Shown here piece after piece: positions 20,961 through 33,982 of a stretch of DNA of 64,000 bases. The position numbers and the translations under genes are program-made. The stretch lies in NCBI GenBank assembly GCA_051362555.1, contig CM120642.1, forward strand, positions 11,160,001 to 11,224,000. The letters are read 5' to 3'. Source of the DNA: Lingula anatina. Its lineage: Eukaryota; Animalia; Brachiopoda. A model generated the notes under the pieces. The model did not search any database. It saw only the letters and a list, made by a program, of their open reading frames with translations, and had not been told where the DNA came from. Within the stretch, counting starts at the first letter, position 1. Every line of letters starts with the position of its first letter.

Positions 20961-22430
20961 CATGTATTTCCTTTATTACGAATTAAAATCATAAATTTGA
21001 ATAGGAAAAAAAATAGAATCGTTTGTCTCAAGATAACAAAAGTTAGAAAAGATAGTATTATTAAACATGTAGAACCAAGTGCTGTATATTTCTCAGAAAT
21101 TTCACTGGTTGGAAATTTTAATCATAACAACTAAAGAATTGTTCTTTGTTAGAATCAATGGGGAAAAAAATAGGAAAGGTGATTCTAGGGCTGCTGTTTG
21201 TATATTCTACGTATGACCTATAGTTCAACCTAGGAACATGACTTACATGTACGTGAGAATTAGTAAGATGGTGGAAGAGCTTTACCCTATCGCATTATTT
21301 GGTTGTGATAAAATGTTCAAGTAACATGACAACAACCGGCAAGTCTGATCAGTTGAAGAAGTTATATTTACCAACCGCGTGCATGTTGGGGAAACGAGGG
21401 AGAGAAGGGAGACAGAGAGACAGAGAATCAACATTTGGTCTCTAATTGTGACCCCCCCCCCCTTCCCCGATAACTTGAAACTATTGGCACAGTAAATGTA
21501 CATGTACACTGTAGCTTTTTGATTATATGACTCTCTCTTATTGGATGCATATGACCTCGCACAAATAAAAGAGGTGTCTGATATATAGAGAATTAACAGG
21601 TTTTATCAAGCGCTTTAGTTTATCGAGGTCAGGAACTGTGACAATATACCTACATATATCTAGCGGTATTTTTCACCTAAGACGCTAAAACAAAAACAGT
21701 AGTAAACTACCATGCAATCATAAGGCAATGCTGGGTTTGCTGAGTTTTGATCGATCTTTCCTTTCTGTGTGAAGCACCAAACCATGGGTTGCTCCCTGTC
21801 TTCATTTGTGCTTTATTGGTGTGTGGCATGAATATAAGCGGTGGAACCAATGTAGTCTTATACATGCCAGTGCTCAGTCAGTTTGTGTCTCTTACGTTGT
21901 ATAAACTATGTCATGCTACATGTAAAAGAACTCTGATCACCCTCTCTCTTGTATCACGAAAATTCCCAAAAATAATCTGTGCCTTTTTATCCCCGTTTCC
22001 TCCAAATCCAACCGGGTATCCTGCACCCAAACCACTCTTTTAAGAGGTTTTATAGAAAACTTGGAGTGATCTTTCACTGTTGTTGGAAGAACTATCATAT
22101 AATTCTTTGCTAGAATTGGGTCCGTTCATGTACACAAAAAGGAATACGGTGCCTTAAGTGTCTAGTTGTCTTGTTCACGGGGCATCAGAACAGTATATAA
22201 ACTTTTTATTATATTTTTCATTTTCAAGCGCTGATAAGACGAGAAGAGGTACAACAGATTGCACACCCTCGTGTTTAAACAAGAGAACCGATGACCTATT
22301 TATCGCAGAAAACTGCCGGGTTAAGTTACCCTGCGCAAATGCTGCATTTCCGAGGTTGTACCGAGACGGTGAGCTTGCCATAGCAACGTAGCTGCCGATA
22401 CACTGAAATTATTCGTGTTTCTTTCCAAAG

Positions 22431-25400
22431 ATGCCTGGCAGAAAAAGAATAGCTGTTGTGGGCGGTGGGGGCTGCGGACTGACCGCAATAAAATGCTGTT
22501 TAGACGAAGATTTGGATCCAGTGTGTTTCGAGAGATCTGACCAGCTGGGAGGCTTATGGCTTTTCAGGTACATTAACTTACTTTTCTCAACTGTTAATAT
22601 GAAATTAACAAAACATATTTTAAGATTAAATAAAAAAACATCAAGGCAAAAACTTAATTTCACAAAATTAAGATATATCAGCAGAAAATTAAGCAAAAAT
22701 AAATTAGAAAACAGATATGCGGACATGAAAGACCGCTCGCTCGAATGGATTCCCTTTGCAATATGCTTTCACCAAAATATAAGTTTAAGAATAAAATCTC
22801 TCTTTTTAATCTATTCGCCCCTTATTTATATTACAGACCTGGGGGCAAGCAGGATGGGGAGGGGACAGTCATGCGGTCCACCGTTATCGACACCAGCAAG
22901 GAAATGATGTGTTGGAGTGACTTCCCCGTCCCTGATGACTACCCAAACTTCATGCACAACACCTACGTCCTCAAGTACTTTCGAATGTACGCCGAGACGT
23001 TCGGCTTGCTGAAGTATATTAAGTTTCGCCACGCAATCATAAAGATAAAACCGGCCAGGGACTTCCAGACCAGCGGGCAGTGGGAGGTCCAGTACAAGGA
23101 TCTAGAGAAGGATCAAGAGTATACAGAGATCTTTGATGCAGTGTTCTGCTGTACTGGCCACCATACAACCAAAAACCAGCCAAAGTTCCCCGGCCAGGAA
23201 AAATTTCAGGGGAAAATTGTCCACTCTCACGATTACAGGTAATGTGAAGGCTGTGCTACCGCTTCTCTAAATATCAGTTCCACTTTCTCAACTGTTATAT
23301 GGATGTATATGTTTTTATATTAGAAGATTAATACCTTGATAGAAAATTGCATAATCACTGGAATATTTTATCATAAAATGTGAATTCGTCCAGTGGATTG
23401 AAATTGTGGATAATTTTAATACATGCATGTATTCATTTTTCATTATGATCATAATATCTCTACTCTCTTGTTTACCTGCTGTCTCTCTGTCTCTGTCTCT
23501 TTCTAACACAAATACATTTTTTTACTTGTGCAGTGACGAGAGAGGCTATGAAGGCAAGCGAGTTGTCGTCGTGGGTGTTGGAAACTCTGGTAATGACGTA
23601 GCATCTGAATTGGGAAAAGTCGCAGACAAGGTATTCTTTGAATTGCGATATGTTGCGAGGAGAGCCGAATATTGGCTCTCCTCGTTCATTTGTAAATTCA
23701 CACTGATGCATGTATTTTCAAGAAAAATGGGCATCTGTAATATAATAATGGTTACCATTCTTCGCATATTCAACTCCGCGGGAACTCTCTGATTGCAAAC
23801 AACATACTCGTACAAGAACCAGCTTTTTATGTTTTCTACTCAGCGACAGTTAATCTGATTGCATTCAGCGAGAGTCCCTGCGGAATTGGATCGAGCGGCC
23901 TATGTAGAATGATAGTTTCATTGTGAATGAGGCCTAAGTTTGGTAGATCGGAAACACAAGAAACATCATAGTTGGCAGCATAGCAGTATACAATATGTGA
24001 CACAGTACAGTAATTCTAGTGGCCAAGGTGCAATTAACAATTTTAATATATATTTAATAGAAACCTGTACTGAAAATTATTGGCAGAATTAATACCAGTG
24101 TATGAACAGAGTTGAAAAAGAACAGGTTTCAGATCAGTTTACATTGCCGTCAAGAAAATAGTCTGGCTTGCATTCTTTACCCCTCAAGGTCACAGAGAGT
24201 AGGCCCCTATACTACCGAGACGTGGGCAAAAAACCATTTGATGGTGCACTTATAATCCAGTAGGGGACCTAAACTATGCTGAAAATGCCAAACAGTAACT
24301 TTTAGTAACTCCAAACATTCAAAAGAGCGTCTAAAGGTTCAACTATGGTAAATGCAAAGACTATGCTAACAAAGGAAATCAGAGCTGTGACTGAAGGGTG
24401 AAAAAAGTTCTGATTTACCAGTAACTACCAAACGTGCCTCATATTGCAGTCTCCCGGTCCAATGCAATTTACCCCTTGTACCTTGAGCCATCGCTTACTT
24501 TGTTGAACTTACGAGGTCTTGCAATTAGTAGGTCTGCAATAAATCTTTGTTAGAGGTAGACATTTAATTCTTAGGCCTTCCACATCTTTATTATAAAGTT
24601 ACAATAATGCTTTCATCAACCAAATGTCATCTAAACTCGGAGTTATTACTATTTAAGTATTTTAGTGTGTACCGATGCACCACTAAGGTACAATTGTGAA
24701 TCTATAACATTTTTAGACGAACTATTATTTAATTTTTATATTGGTAACAGGGCTGATGAATTAAACTTTACGTGACGTAACTTTTACCTCCAACGTGCGT
24801 ATCTGCTGTCATCAACTTATGTTGTTAAGGTAGCAAGACAATTAGTAACACACACACACACCTCTATAATAGATCATGTTCTTCACTATGATTCCAGGTA
24901 TTTTTCTCGACTCGGCGCGGGATGTGGGTGATGAACCTTGCAGACAAAGATGGCCTCCCCTGGGACATCGTACAAACTCGCCGCCTGACCAGCTGGCTAG
25001 AGAGCTGGCTCCCGTTCAGTTGGAGGTCAGTTTTAGATGTAGAAGTCTGATACGTTTTACAGTTCACATAATTAATAATAGGGGCTTTTTGGTTTTGTTT
25101 TTTCAGGGACTTAAACTGGTTTTTAACGAAGTTGGCATTCAGTTTTGCCGAACTATTTTACACGGATAATGACAGTGAAATTTTTCAGATCTAGAAACAA
25201 TTTTTCAAAATTTGTTTAAAAATGTAGAATTCTATAATTAAAGCACATTCTTTGTTTTTCAAAACAGATGCACCATGGTGGAAAACGACATCAACAAACG
25301 CTTTAATCACGAGCTATTCGGCCTGAAGCCGAAACACCGCGTCTTCAGCCAGCATCTGACGGCAAACGACACGCTCCCGGTTCGCATCCTATGTGGAAAG

Positions 25401-26846
25401 GTCGTCATGAAACCGAACATCGCAGGTTTTACTAAAACCGGCGTCAAATTCGACGATGGGACGGTGGAGGACGACATCGACCTCGTGGTTCTTGCAACGG
25501 GCTACAACTATGGTTTTCCTTATGTCGATGAATCCGTCATCAAAATTGAGAAAAACGTCATTAATTTGTACGAGTACATCTGGCCGTTGACCACTACCCA
25601 TCCCACCATCGCTTTTATTGGATGCATCCAGCCGCTCGGTGCCATTTTTCCATGTGCAGAACTTCAGTGCCGTTGGGCGACACGGATGTTTAAGGTACTG
25701 ATCATGTGAATGTTATTATTAAAGTGTTCGATCTTCTGATATCATTTCTCAGCCGTTTATCAACATGTTTGATTCAAAATAATAATTTGTTAATGCGAAC
25801 GAAGCTAATAGCCCCTTAAAACATCACTTAGATATTATGGTCGATCTGCATCTATTTTTACTAACCAGGGACTGTGCAAACTCCCCAGTAAGGACGCCAT
25901 GTTGGCAGATATGCAAAGGAAGCGTGACGCCATGGCGCAACGTTACGTCCAGACCCAACGTCACACTATCCAGGTGGACTGGATTCCCTACATGGACGAA
26001 CTCGCTAGACACGTTGGTTGCAAACCAAACTTACGTGAGTCGGCGTTATTTTTTATTCATTTTTATTTTTAATGTGTGCCTGTATGCGTGTCATTGTCTC
26101 TCTCGTCTTTTAGTATGGAAACATAATCCTACATGTACGAGTACCTTGCGTCCTCCGTAGGCCTGAAAGGGTAATGTGTGAGTTACATAACCTTTGCAAA
26201 ATGTTCGATTTACCTTTATTTCATATAATCAACATTTTGCTGAAATTTAGTAAAACTACCATTCGCATTTGATTGTATGAATGTCTGAATTGCATGAAAC
26301 TGAAAACCGCAGTAGGGGTTTTCATCCATTATTGTAATAGTCGGCTATGTGACTGTTGCGTGTTATCTATGCAATCACAAGGTCTTGGCGGAGGTCTTCT
26401 GTACATATGATACAGCAGTTGGCAGTAAAACTTTTAATTTTATCTGTATTTACCATTCCAATATGGTCCCCACAATACCCTCTTATATTATATGTTACAG
26501 GACTGCAGTAAAAAAGTGAGTAATCGACGTGCTGTTTTCTATTTCAGTGAAACTGTTCTTAACCGACCCCGTCCTGGCTTGGGCAGTTCTCACAGGTCCG
26601 TGTGTGCCCTATCAGTACCGCCTGATGGGTCCCAAGCCGTGGAAGGGCGCTAGAGAGGCGATCCTCTCCACCATGGATAGAGTCATGAAACCGCTGCAGA
26701 CCAGAAAACCTGCCGGGTGCTCAAAGAGGTCCGGTTTTGGTCGATTCTTCTCCATGATGGTCCTGTTGGTGGCTATAAGTGCGGTGATGGTAAAGCTGTA
26801 CTATCCAGACAGGCTATCCTCCTTAGTCAACATGTTTAGCCGCTGA
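22431..26846 (+). CDS. FMO: Flavin-containing monooxygenase, FMO5-like (FMO-B), 7 coding exons, ~551 aa
   Basis: Exons 22431-22567, 22837-23238, 23534-23630, 24898-25025, 25268-25694, 25869-26034, 26548-26846; all GT-AG and in frame. Motifs GGGGCG, FQGKIVHSHDY, GVGNSG, ATGY; C-terminal transmembrane segment. Confidence 0.94.
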
Positions 26847-29259
26847 ATGATTGATTGCGGTAAAACGATGCATTACTGATTAAGAAGGACCGTTGTAATG
26901 AAAAAAGAAACTTTTTTACTACTCTTTTTGTGCCTACACCTACAACAGCATTGACCAAACACTGCCATATGCCACTATTTTGGGACGCACGTTTGCAAAC
27001 TAGGTCTAATATTCTGTTGTTACATGTTTTTTTACATGTTATCTACATGTGACGGATTTGTAAAAGGAAAAAGTTTTACGTCGTTAAAAGGATAGCAACT
27101 GTTCGTATGAGATTCATATTTCACAACAAATACATTATAAACAACTCATATATGATATGACATTAACAGCCTTACGGCTTGATTTTTATCCATTTACTAC
27201 TATACAATATATCACGTAGAATAATAGTTGTATATTAGGATGCATAATATTGAAAATGTGTATGACTTTTCCTAATACATTTATTTATGCACGTGTGTGC
27301 TATCGGTTATTATTGAGTGCCACTGGTGACAGGGCCTTTCCCCAAGCATTTTATATTGCACCATATGTAACAGCACTGTGTGGGAGATAAATTAATTACC
27401 AAAGTACGTCCTTGGACGTGAGCATGAACAAATGCCTCGACATTTGAGAGAAAGTTTAAATTACTATAAAACCATGCTTCCTCGCCTAAAACGTTGTACC
27501 CAGAGCACAAACTCTATCCACATTGCCTGTGAAATGCCGAATAATTTACACTTTTTTTTTTCAACGAAATATTCTAATCTGTTTGCTTTGGGTCTCCATT
27601 GGGTTTACCACTCTTAGTTCAATTCCTTTATAAACACATGTGGGAATTAAAGTCTCTCTGCTTATGATAAATGTCAGCATGTCGCTGAGTCATAGACCGT
27701 GCAGATACGAGGACTTTCTACCGGGACACTGGCACCGGGTTAACTACAAACACGTTATACACGCGTGCACGTTGATAAAAAGGACAGCCAGTTGTTTTTA
27801 CCCTGAGCTTCACGTTTGTTACGTGTAGGCAACCTGTACGCTGCAAGTCACTTACCAAATCACTATTTGGCCTAATTCTGTGCGATTACATTTAGATTTC
27901 ATTTGACTTGTTCATTAATTCCATTGCCATGGATCTGAATATTTCCCTCCAGTAATGAACCATAGCCTTTGCACAATCACAGGTAAGCCGACTTAATCAA
28001 GACTTGGAAGACCGGACGCAGCTTCTTAACCAATCGCCAATGAAATGTTTTCCGTAGGCTCGAAGGCAGCATCCCGAGTTTGACAGATTACTAGAATATG
28101 CTTGCTGCCTTCTTCAGGGACCCCCTCCCCAACCCCCCCCCCCTAAAAAAAAAAAAAAAAAAAAAAAAAACAAAAGAATTATTTTATTAAGAGAATAAAA
28201 TAAAATAATTAAAGAAATGACATTGAAAAATAAAAATAAAAAATTTAATTTAAAAAATGCCCTTTCTTGTATCGAAGAAACAGGACAAACGTATGATAAA
28301 TAAAGGTGTTAGTTGCCCATTGTATCTGAACCTCGGTGGAAGTAGGACATTTGTCCTCTATAAGATAAGGAGTCATCTCAAACATTCACATGGCTTCTGC
28401 AATTTAAGTTATTTTAAGGCTGATTGGTAGTTAGATGGATACTTCATCTTGCAAGTATCTAGTAAGATGTGACAGTTTACTCTTAGAGTAAGCCATGGCT
28501 GTCACACTATTGGTAGAAACCTTCTGAAAGAATCAAGTGGCGGCCACTGGACCAACCAAGGCTCTTTTGTGATATTGAACGCCAATTCAAGTAAATCAAA
28601 CAAGAAATAGATAGCATTTTAGGCAGCTGTACTTGAACAGAGTCGTTATAACGCAAAATTAAGTTAATTTTTTAAATGATGATACCCTTTTCCTCATTGC
28701 AAACCTTACTGTCAATGGTGAAGGTTCTGCAGGGTATTTATCACCTAGTTCAACAAAGTGCATGAAACAAGAATCATGCCCCCCTCCGCAAAAGAAATAA
28801 CCCGATAAACGAATAAATAATTGAATAAGAAAAGAGATTTAACAAATGGATTTTTTTTAAAACAAAGAAAAGCATCTTATTAATAGGTACAATGTATGGC
28901 AAAAAACACAAAAGACAAATTGTGACAGGAGACAAACCCCAGTGAACCTGTCGCGCCTGTGACCTCTTATTTCAAGATAACAGCTCGTGCAAGGTCATAG
29001 AGCGTAATGGAGCACTTATATCACTGAGACTGTTTATCTACCAGAGAAAAAACTTTCGCAACACACGCAAACCTGACCACACCTCGTGTCCGCTGCACCC
29101 TACGAACATCTTCAGGAACTTAGGCTACACCACCACGTGTCTGCGGTGCCAGTATTTAACACCTGAAGGAACATCGACAAAAATCAGCACCATCGGCCTC
29201 TACTGTTCGCGTTTACATCACATCTACAAACTTCGCTAACTCCTTGAACACATTTTAAG

Positions 29260-30765
29260 ATGTCGGGAAGAAAGCGGGTAGCTATTATAGGGGGTGGCTC
29301 AAGTGGACTGACAGCAATAAAGTGCTGTTTGGACGAGGATCTTGAGCCTGTGTGTTTCGAGAGGGCTGACCAGCTTGGGGGTTTGTGGTATTATAAGTAT
29401 GTACATTTTGTATATTATCTTTAGTGTAAGACAACCAAGCCATTTACATATGTAGCCTACATATTCTTTGCTATATATCTTGTCAAAATATTATTTTATT
29501 TTAAGTTGCAATGATGATTATCAAAATGAATCAAATAAACAAGAATGAGTTGAACATTGAGAGAGAGAAAGAGGAACAGACAGTCAGTCAAAGATGTTTC
29601 ATGTGTGAGTAGGTACTCTGAATTGCAGCAATTTCAGCATTTTGCAGGACTCGTGTCCTTTATTTCTGCCGCTGAGGGGCTTGTGAAAGATATACTACAT
29701 ATTTGTGTGTGAAAAATTGATGCCAAATCCATAATTGCAGTACTGGGGTGCATGTAAATAGATATTGACTTAATTGAACTGGAAGTAGCAATATCTTATA
29801 CCTTCTACACAGACACACACATACACACAGCGATATCACATATTCAAACCATCTCTATCGGATTTTAGGCCAGAGGGTAAACTTGATGGTGAGTCCACTG
29901 TCATGAAGTCCACCATCATCAACACAAGCAAGGAGATGATGAGCTGGAGCGACTTCCCCATGCCCAAAGAATATCCCAACTTCATGCACAACACCTACGT
30001 CCTTAAATACTTCCAGCTATACGCAGAGAGGTTTGGTCTGAAAAAATACATCAAGTTTAACCACGCGATCATCAAGATTACTCCCGCCAAGGATTTTGAG
30101 AGCACGGGGCAGTGGGAGGTCCGGTACAAGAACCTGAAAGAGGACAAAGAGTACACGGAGATCTTTGATGCTGCGTTGTGTTGCACTGGTCATCATGCCA
30201 ACAAAAATGAACCGAAATTCCCCGGGCACGAAGAGTTTCAGGGAAAGATTTTGCACTCCCATGACTATAGGTAAAACTGTTATTTTGTCGTACAGATGGA
30301 ATATGAAAAATTATTTAAAACGTTAATATGACTAGACTGTACATCTTTCTTTGGTAATGACTTGCAATGATAGCGTTATCATCCGTTTCATTCTTCAGTA
30401 TAATTCCAAATTGGGGATCTTCTCAGACTCTATCCCAGATTTGATTCAAAATATCAAAGATTAATTTACACAGTAAACTAATAAAAAGCACAAGAACTAA
30501 TAAAAAAGAAAGAAAGATGTTTAAATCAAGTCAAAATTTATGTGAATTGATATCAATGATGGTTGGTTCCTATCCATGTCACAGCTAACTTCTTTGTCAG
30601 TGCAAGGAGTCTCTCGTCTATTTTGCAGATATACTGTATGTAAAACTTAAGAATTAACTTTTCTTCAGAGATCAACGAGGCTATGAAGACAAAAGGGCTG
30701 TAGTCGTTGGTGTTGGCAACTCAGGAAATGATGTAGCATCAGAGCTGGGGAAAGTGGCAGAAAAG
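29260..30765 (+). CDS. FMO: Flavin-containing monooxygenase (FMO-C), exons 1-3 only; the rest is beyond the window or lost
   Basis: Exons 29260-29396 ([27 protein letters not shown]...), 29869-30270 and 30669-30765. Sizes 137/402/97 equal those of FMO-B, with no stops or frameshifts. No exon 4-7 homologue was seen before 64000. Confidence 0.9.
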
Positions 30766-30773
30766 GTAAAATA

Positions 30774-31177
30774 CAGGGTGACAACCCCCCCCCCCTCCAA
30801 ATAACTTTGCTGGATTTAAACTTCAGTACGTGCATGATCATTCTCCAAAGATTCAGTTATCTTGGTCGATTTGCATAAAAGTTATATTATTTTTAAAATA
30901 TGCTTCAAATGGTCTACATGGTATTTGAGGCACACTTGCATAAATCGCGAAAATAATTGTCAATTTCTCAAACACATTCCTCCTTGGAATTTCCCTGATT
31001 GTTGCCATCAGTTCACCAATCATGCAAGGTTTGTTCTGGTACAAATTGTCTTTGAGATATCCCCACAGATAAAAATTTGGGGAGGTTCAAGTGAAGCGGT
31101 GCCCACTCATCATCACACTTTCTGCTGATCAGCCACTCCTGAAAATTTTATGAGTTCTGTTTTTTTGGGTCACCCTG
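30774..31177. mobile_element. Tc1/mariner-like MITE (~400 bp)
   Basis: TA|CAGGGTGAC ... GTCACCCTG|TA: 9-bp perfect TIR with TA target duplication. Confidence 0.7.
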
Positions 31178-31606
31178 TACATGTAGGTGAAGCAGATGAA
31201 ATAATTTGGTAGTCTATGCCGCATAGTTCAGTCAGATCAAAATGACCTTGATGTGTCAGTTTACTTAAGCCTTTCTGTGTTTACCTAACCTCATTATGAT
31301 AAATTAGCTGCGTAGACAAGTACTGATCTGATATCGGGGCAACGTGACAGTCGAACGTGGCCTGATGCCTTTAAAGATGCGTTCAAATCAGGACAGGTTA
31401 CTCCTCAGGTTTTGGCAACAGAAGTGTTATGTAGCAACCGAATTGATTAAATGGATTATAAGGTTGTAATTACTTGTAAGCTGTAGTTACATGTAGATCC
31501 CCCTTCAAATTAGTGGTTTAGATGCGTGTTTCAGGAAAATTATAATCTAAAATATTCCCGATAAGAAAAAACCTAAGGTTGCCTCTCCGTTAACTTATTG
31601 GGCAAG

Positions 31607-31608
<2 letters not shown>

Positions 31609-31643
<35 letters not shown>
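31609..31643. repeat. (AC)n microsatellite
   Basis: About 17 AC units, roughly 110 bp before the macrosatellite array. Confidence 0.95.
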
Positions 31644-31646
<3 letters not shown>

Positions 31647-33702
31647 AATGTATCTCTGTTGTTCAAAGGAAAACACTGTGGTAAAATAAAAACTGTTGCA
31701 ATTACTTTGAGGTTTGGCCCTAAAATGGCTTAGATTGCCTGGACTAAACTTGTTAAATAAACAAAATGAATTATTTTGCTGATAATCCTGCCGAGAAGAC
31801 AGCACTCTGAGATGAAAGGGCAGTATGACGTGCATGGCACCATGGCGGATTAGCTATACTGACTCAATTCAAGTTTGATCTGTTGCGTAGCTGGTAAAGG
31901 ATAGAGATCAAAGACCATCCCCGCCTAAGCATCATTTTAAGAACCTTTAAATGAAGAGTAAGAAAGTGTTATCGACGAGGCAGACATTATGATAACGACC
32001 AGCAAAAGTTGTTGCAAAATCGATCACTGATCCGAAACTTTACCGGCTTTTTATGCAAAAGGTAATTTGCCGGGACCGACGAGTGCCTGCATTCGTATTC
32101 GCGCCTTTCCCATCACGTGACCAGGTCGTATCCGAGGGAAAGGTGACATGCCTCATCCGGGATTCGAACTCGTGACTACTCGTGACTCGTTACCATGGTG
32201 GATGATTGGTTTGATTTTTTTAACAGCCTTGCACGCTACCGATTGCGCGGTGAGTGACCCGCCCACCCTCCGTGGATACGAGTTTCCTCTTATAGTAACC
32301 AAAGAAAATTTTTAGAAATGATTTCCAGCAACAAAAGATTGTGCTAGACGTTGTAGAACTCGAACCCGGGAAGGTGTCTTACTAGCTGCGTCCCAGTCAG
32401 CAAAGTTACCACGGAACCGAGGCAGCTTCGTTAGAAAGCTGTAAATCAAATGCAAACTTTCTGCCTTGTCATGAAGAGGGCCAGTTTGGATGCACATGTA
32501 AATGTCCGAAATTACAATCGATAGCCCTTGGGCCGTAAAAAATGAATTTCATCACGCACAACGCCTTTCCCCGAACATCGTATTATCATTGAACGTTTAA
32601 GTAGATGATGTACACGAGACTTTGGTTGAGAAGCCGACACGGAGCGTTCCGAGATAGATTTTTTTTTTTCTTTCTTACTATGACTTTGTTTTGAGCTGAG
32701 ATTTAGTTTGGTATCACGTATGACGTTAAAAAGCACAGGGGAGCGATTTTAGCTTTAGCGAGGCCCTGAAAAGAGGGAATCATTAAAAAACGTTCAAATG
32801 TGTTAAAGCTGGTGCGTTTTCCTTTCAAGCAATTGCAACCATGTGAATTTTGACAAAGACAACATATTAGGCGACAATTCCGCCGAGAGGATACTTTCTT
32901 TTTCTGCTGAACGCGGTTTACAGGCGGTAAGACGTGGTGTCAAAGCGGGAAAGCTACCGAAACAATATCAAGTTTGGTCGCTTTTATTGATAAGACTGCT
33001 CGGAACGTAACTAGCCAGATGGTTTTGAAGCTTATATTTACATTTTGGTTTACAGTGAGATTACGTCTGACTTCACCTGTGAAGTTATCGAGCAAGACGA
33101 GAGCTAAAGCGGTTCACAGTTGGTCAGTTTTGGATTTGAGTAGTCTTTGCCATTTCTAATGGCCATTGTGGAGTTGCCCTTGGTACTGTAAGACAATATG
33201 AACAGTCTTGAGAAGTAAGGCCCTAGAGGAAGGGATGACATTTAAAAACACAACAAAATGTAACATTGGGTAAAGCAAAAGCGGTGACGTGATTTTCGAA
33301 AAAAATAAAAATAAACAAAATAAATTATTTTGCTGATAATCCCACCGAGAAGACAGCACTCTGAGATGAAAGGGCAGTATGACGTGCGTGGCACCATGGC
33401 GGGTTAGCTATACTGACTCAATTCAAGTTTGATCTGTTGCGTAGCTGGTAAAGGATAGAGATCAAAGACCATCCCCGCCTAAGCATCATTTTAAGAACCT
33501 TTAAATGAAGAGTAAGAAAGTGTTATCGACGAGGCAGACATTATGATAACGACCAGCAAAAGTTGTTGCAAAATCGATCACTGATCCGAAACTTTACCGG
33601 CTTTTTATGCAAAAGGTAATTTGCCGGGACCGACGAGTGCCTGCATTCGTATTCGCGCCTTTCCCATCACGTGACCAGGTCGTATCCGAGGGGAAGGTGA
33701 CA

Positions 33703-33813
33703 TGCCTCATCCGGAATTCGAACTCGTGACTACTCGTGACTCGTTACCATGGTGGATGATTGGTTTGATTTTTTTTAACAGCCTTGCACGCTACCGATTG
33801 CGCCGTGAGTGAC
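33703..33813 (-). tRNA. Degenerate tRNA-Asn(GTT)-like module with an insertion after the anticodon (pseudo-tRNA; one per repeat unit, unit 2 shown)
   Basis: Minus strand reads GTCACTCACGGCGCAATCGGTAGCGTGCAAGGCTGTTAA...GTCACGAGTTCGAAT(C/T)CCGGATGAGGCA. The D-arm GGCGCAATCGGTAGCG and loop GGCTGTTAA closely resemble eukaryotic tRNA-Asn, and most copies have the B box GTTCGAATCC. Acceptor and T stems pair imperfectly. Confidence 0.6.
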
Positions 33814-33899
33814 CCGCCCACCCTCCGTGGATACGAGTTTCCTCTTATAGTAACCAAAGAAAATTTTTAGAAATGATTTCCAGCAACAAAAGATTGTGC

Positions 33900-33982
33900 T
33901 GGCCGTTGTAGAATTCGAACCCAGGAAGGTGTCTAACTAGCTGTGTTCCAGTCAGCGAAGTTACCACGGAACCGAGGCAGCT
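33900..33982 (-). tRNA. Second, more degenerate long-variable-arm (Ser-like) pseudo-tRNA module (one per unit, unit 2 shown)
   Basis: Minus strand AGCTGCCTCGGTTCCGTGGTAACTTCGCTGACTGGAACACAGCTAGTTAGACACCTTCCTGGGTTCGAATTCTACAACGGCCA. D stem GGTT/AACT, anticodon stem GCTG/CAGC, B box GGTTCGAATT, and TTTT 8 nt downstream. The anticodon varies among units (GGA/GAA/GGG). Confidence 0.4.

Noticed and set aside
26381-26396. Helentron sub-terminal repeat GTCTTGGCGGAGGTCT in FMO-B intron 6
   Set aside because: It is only an isolated fragment with no matching 5' end or terminal hairpin, too little to call an element.
28121-28175. Poly-C / poly-A run as a retroelement tail
   Set aside because: No recognisable SINE/LINE body or target-site duplication; treated as low-complexity sequence.
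33703-33982. Functional canonical tRNA genes
   Set aside because: Acceptor and T stems have several mismatches, and the second module's anticodon varies among copies. They are reported only as tRNA-like/pseudo.
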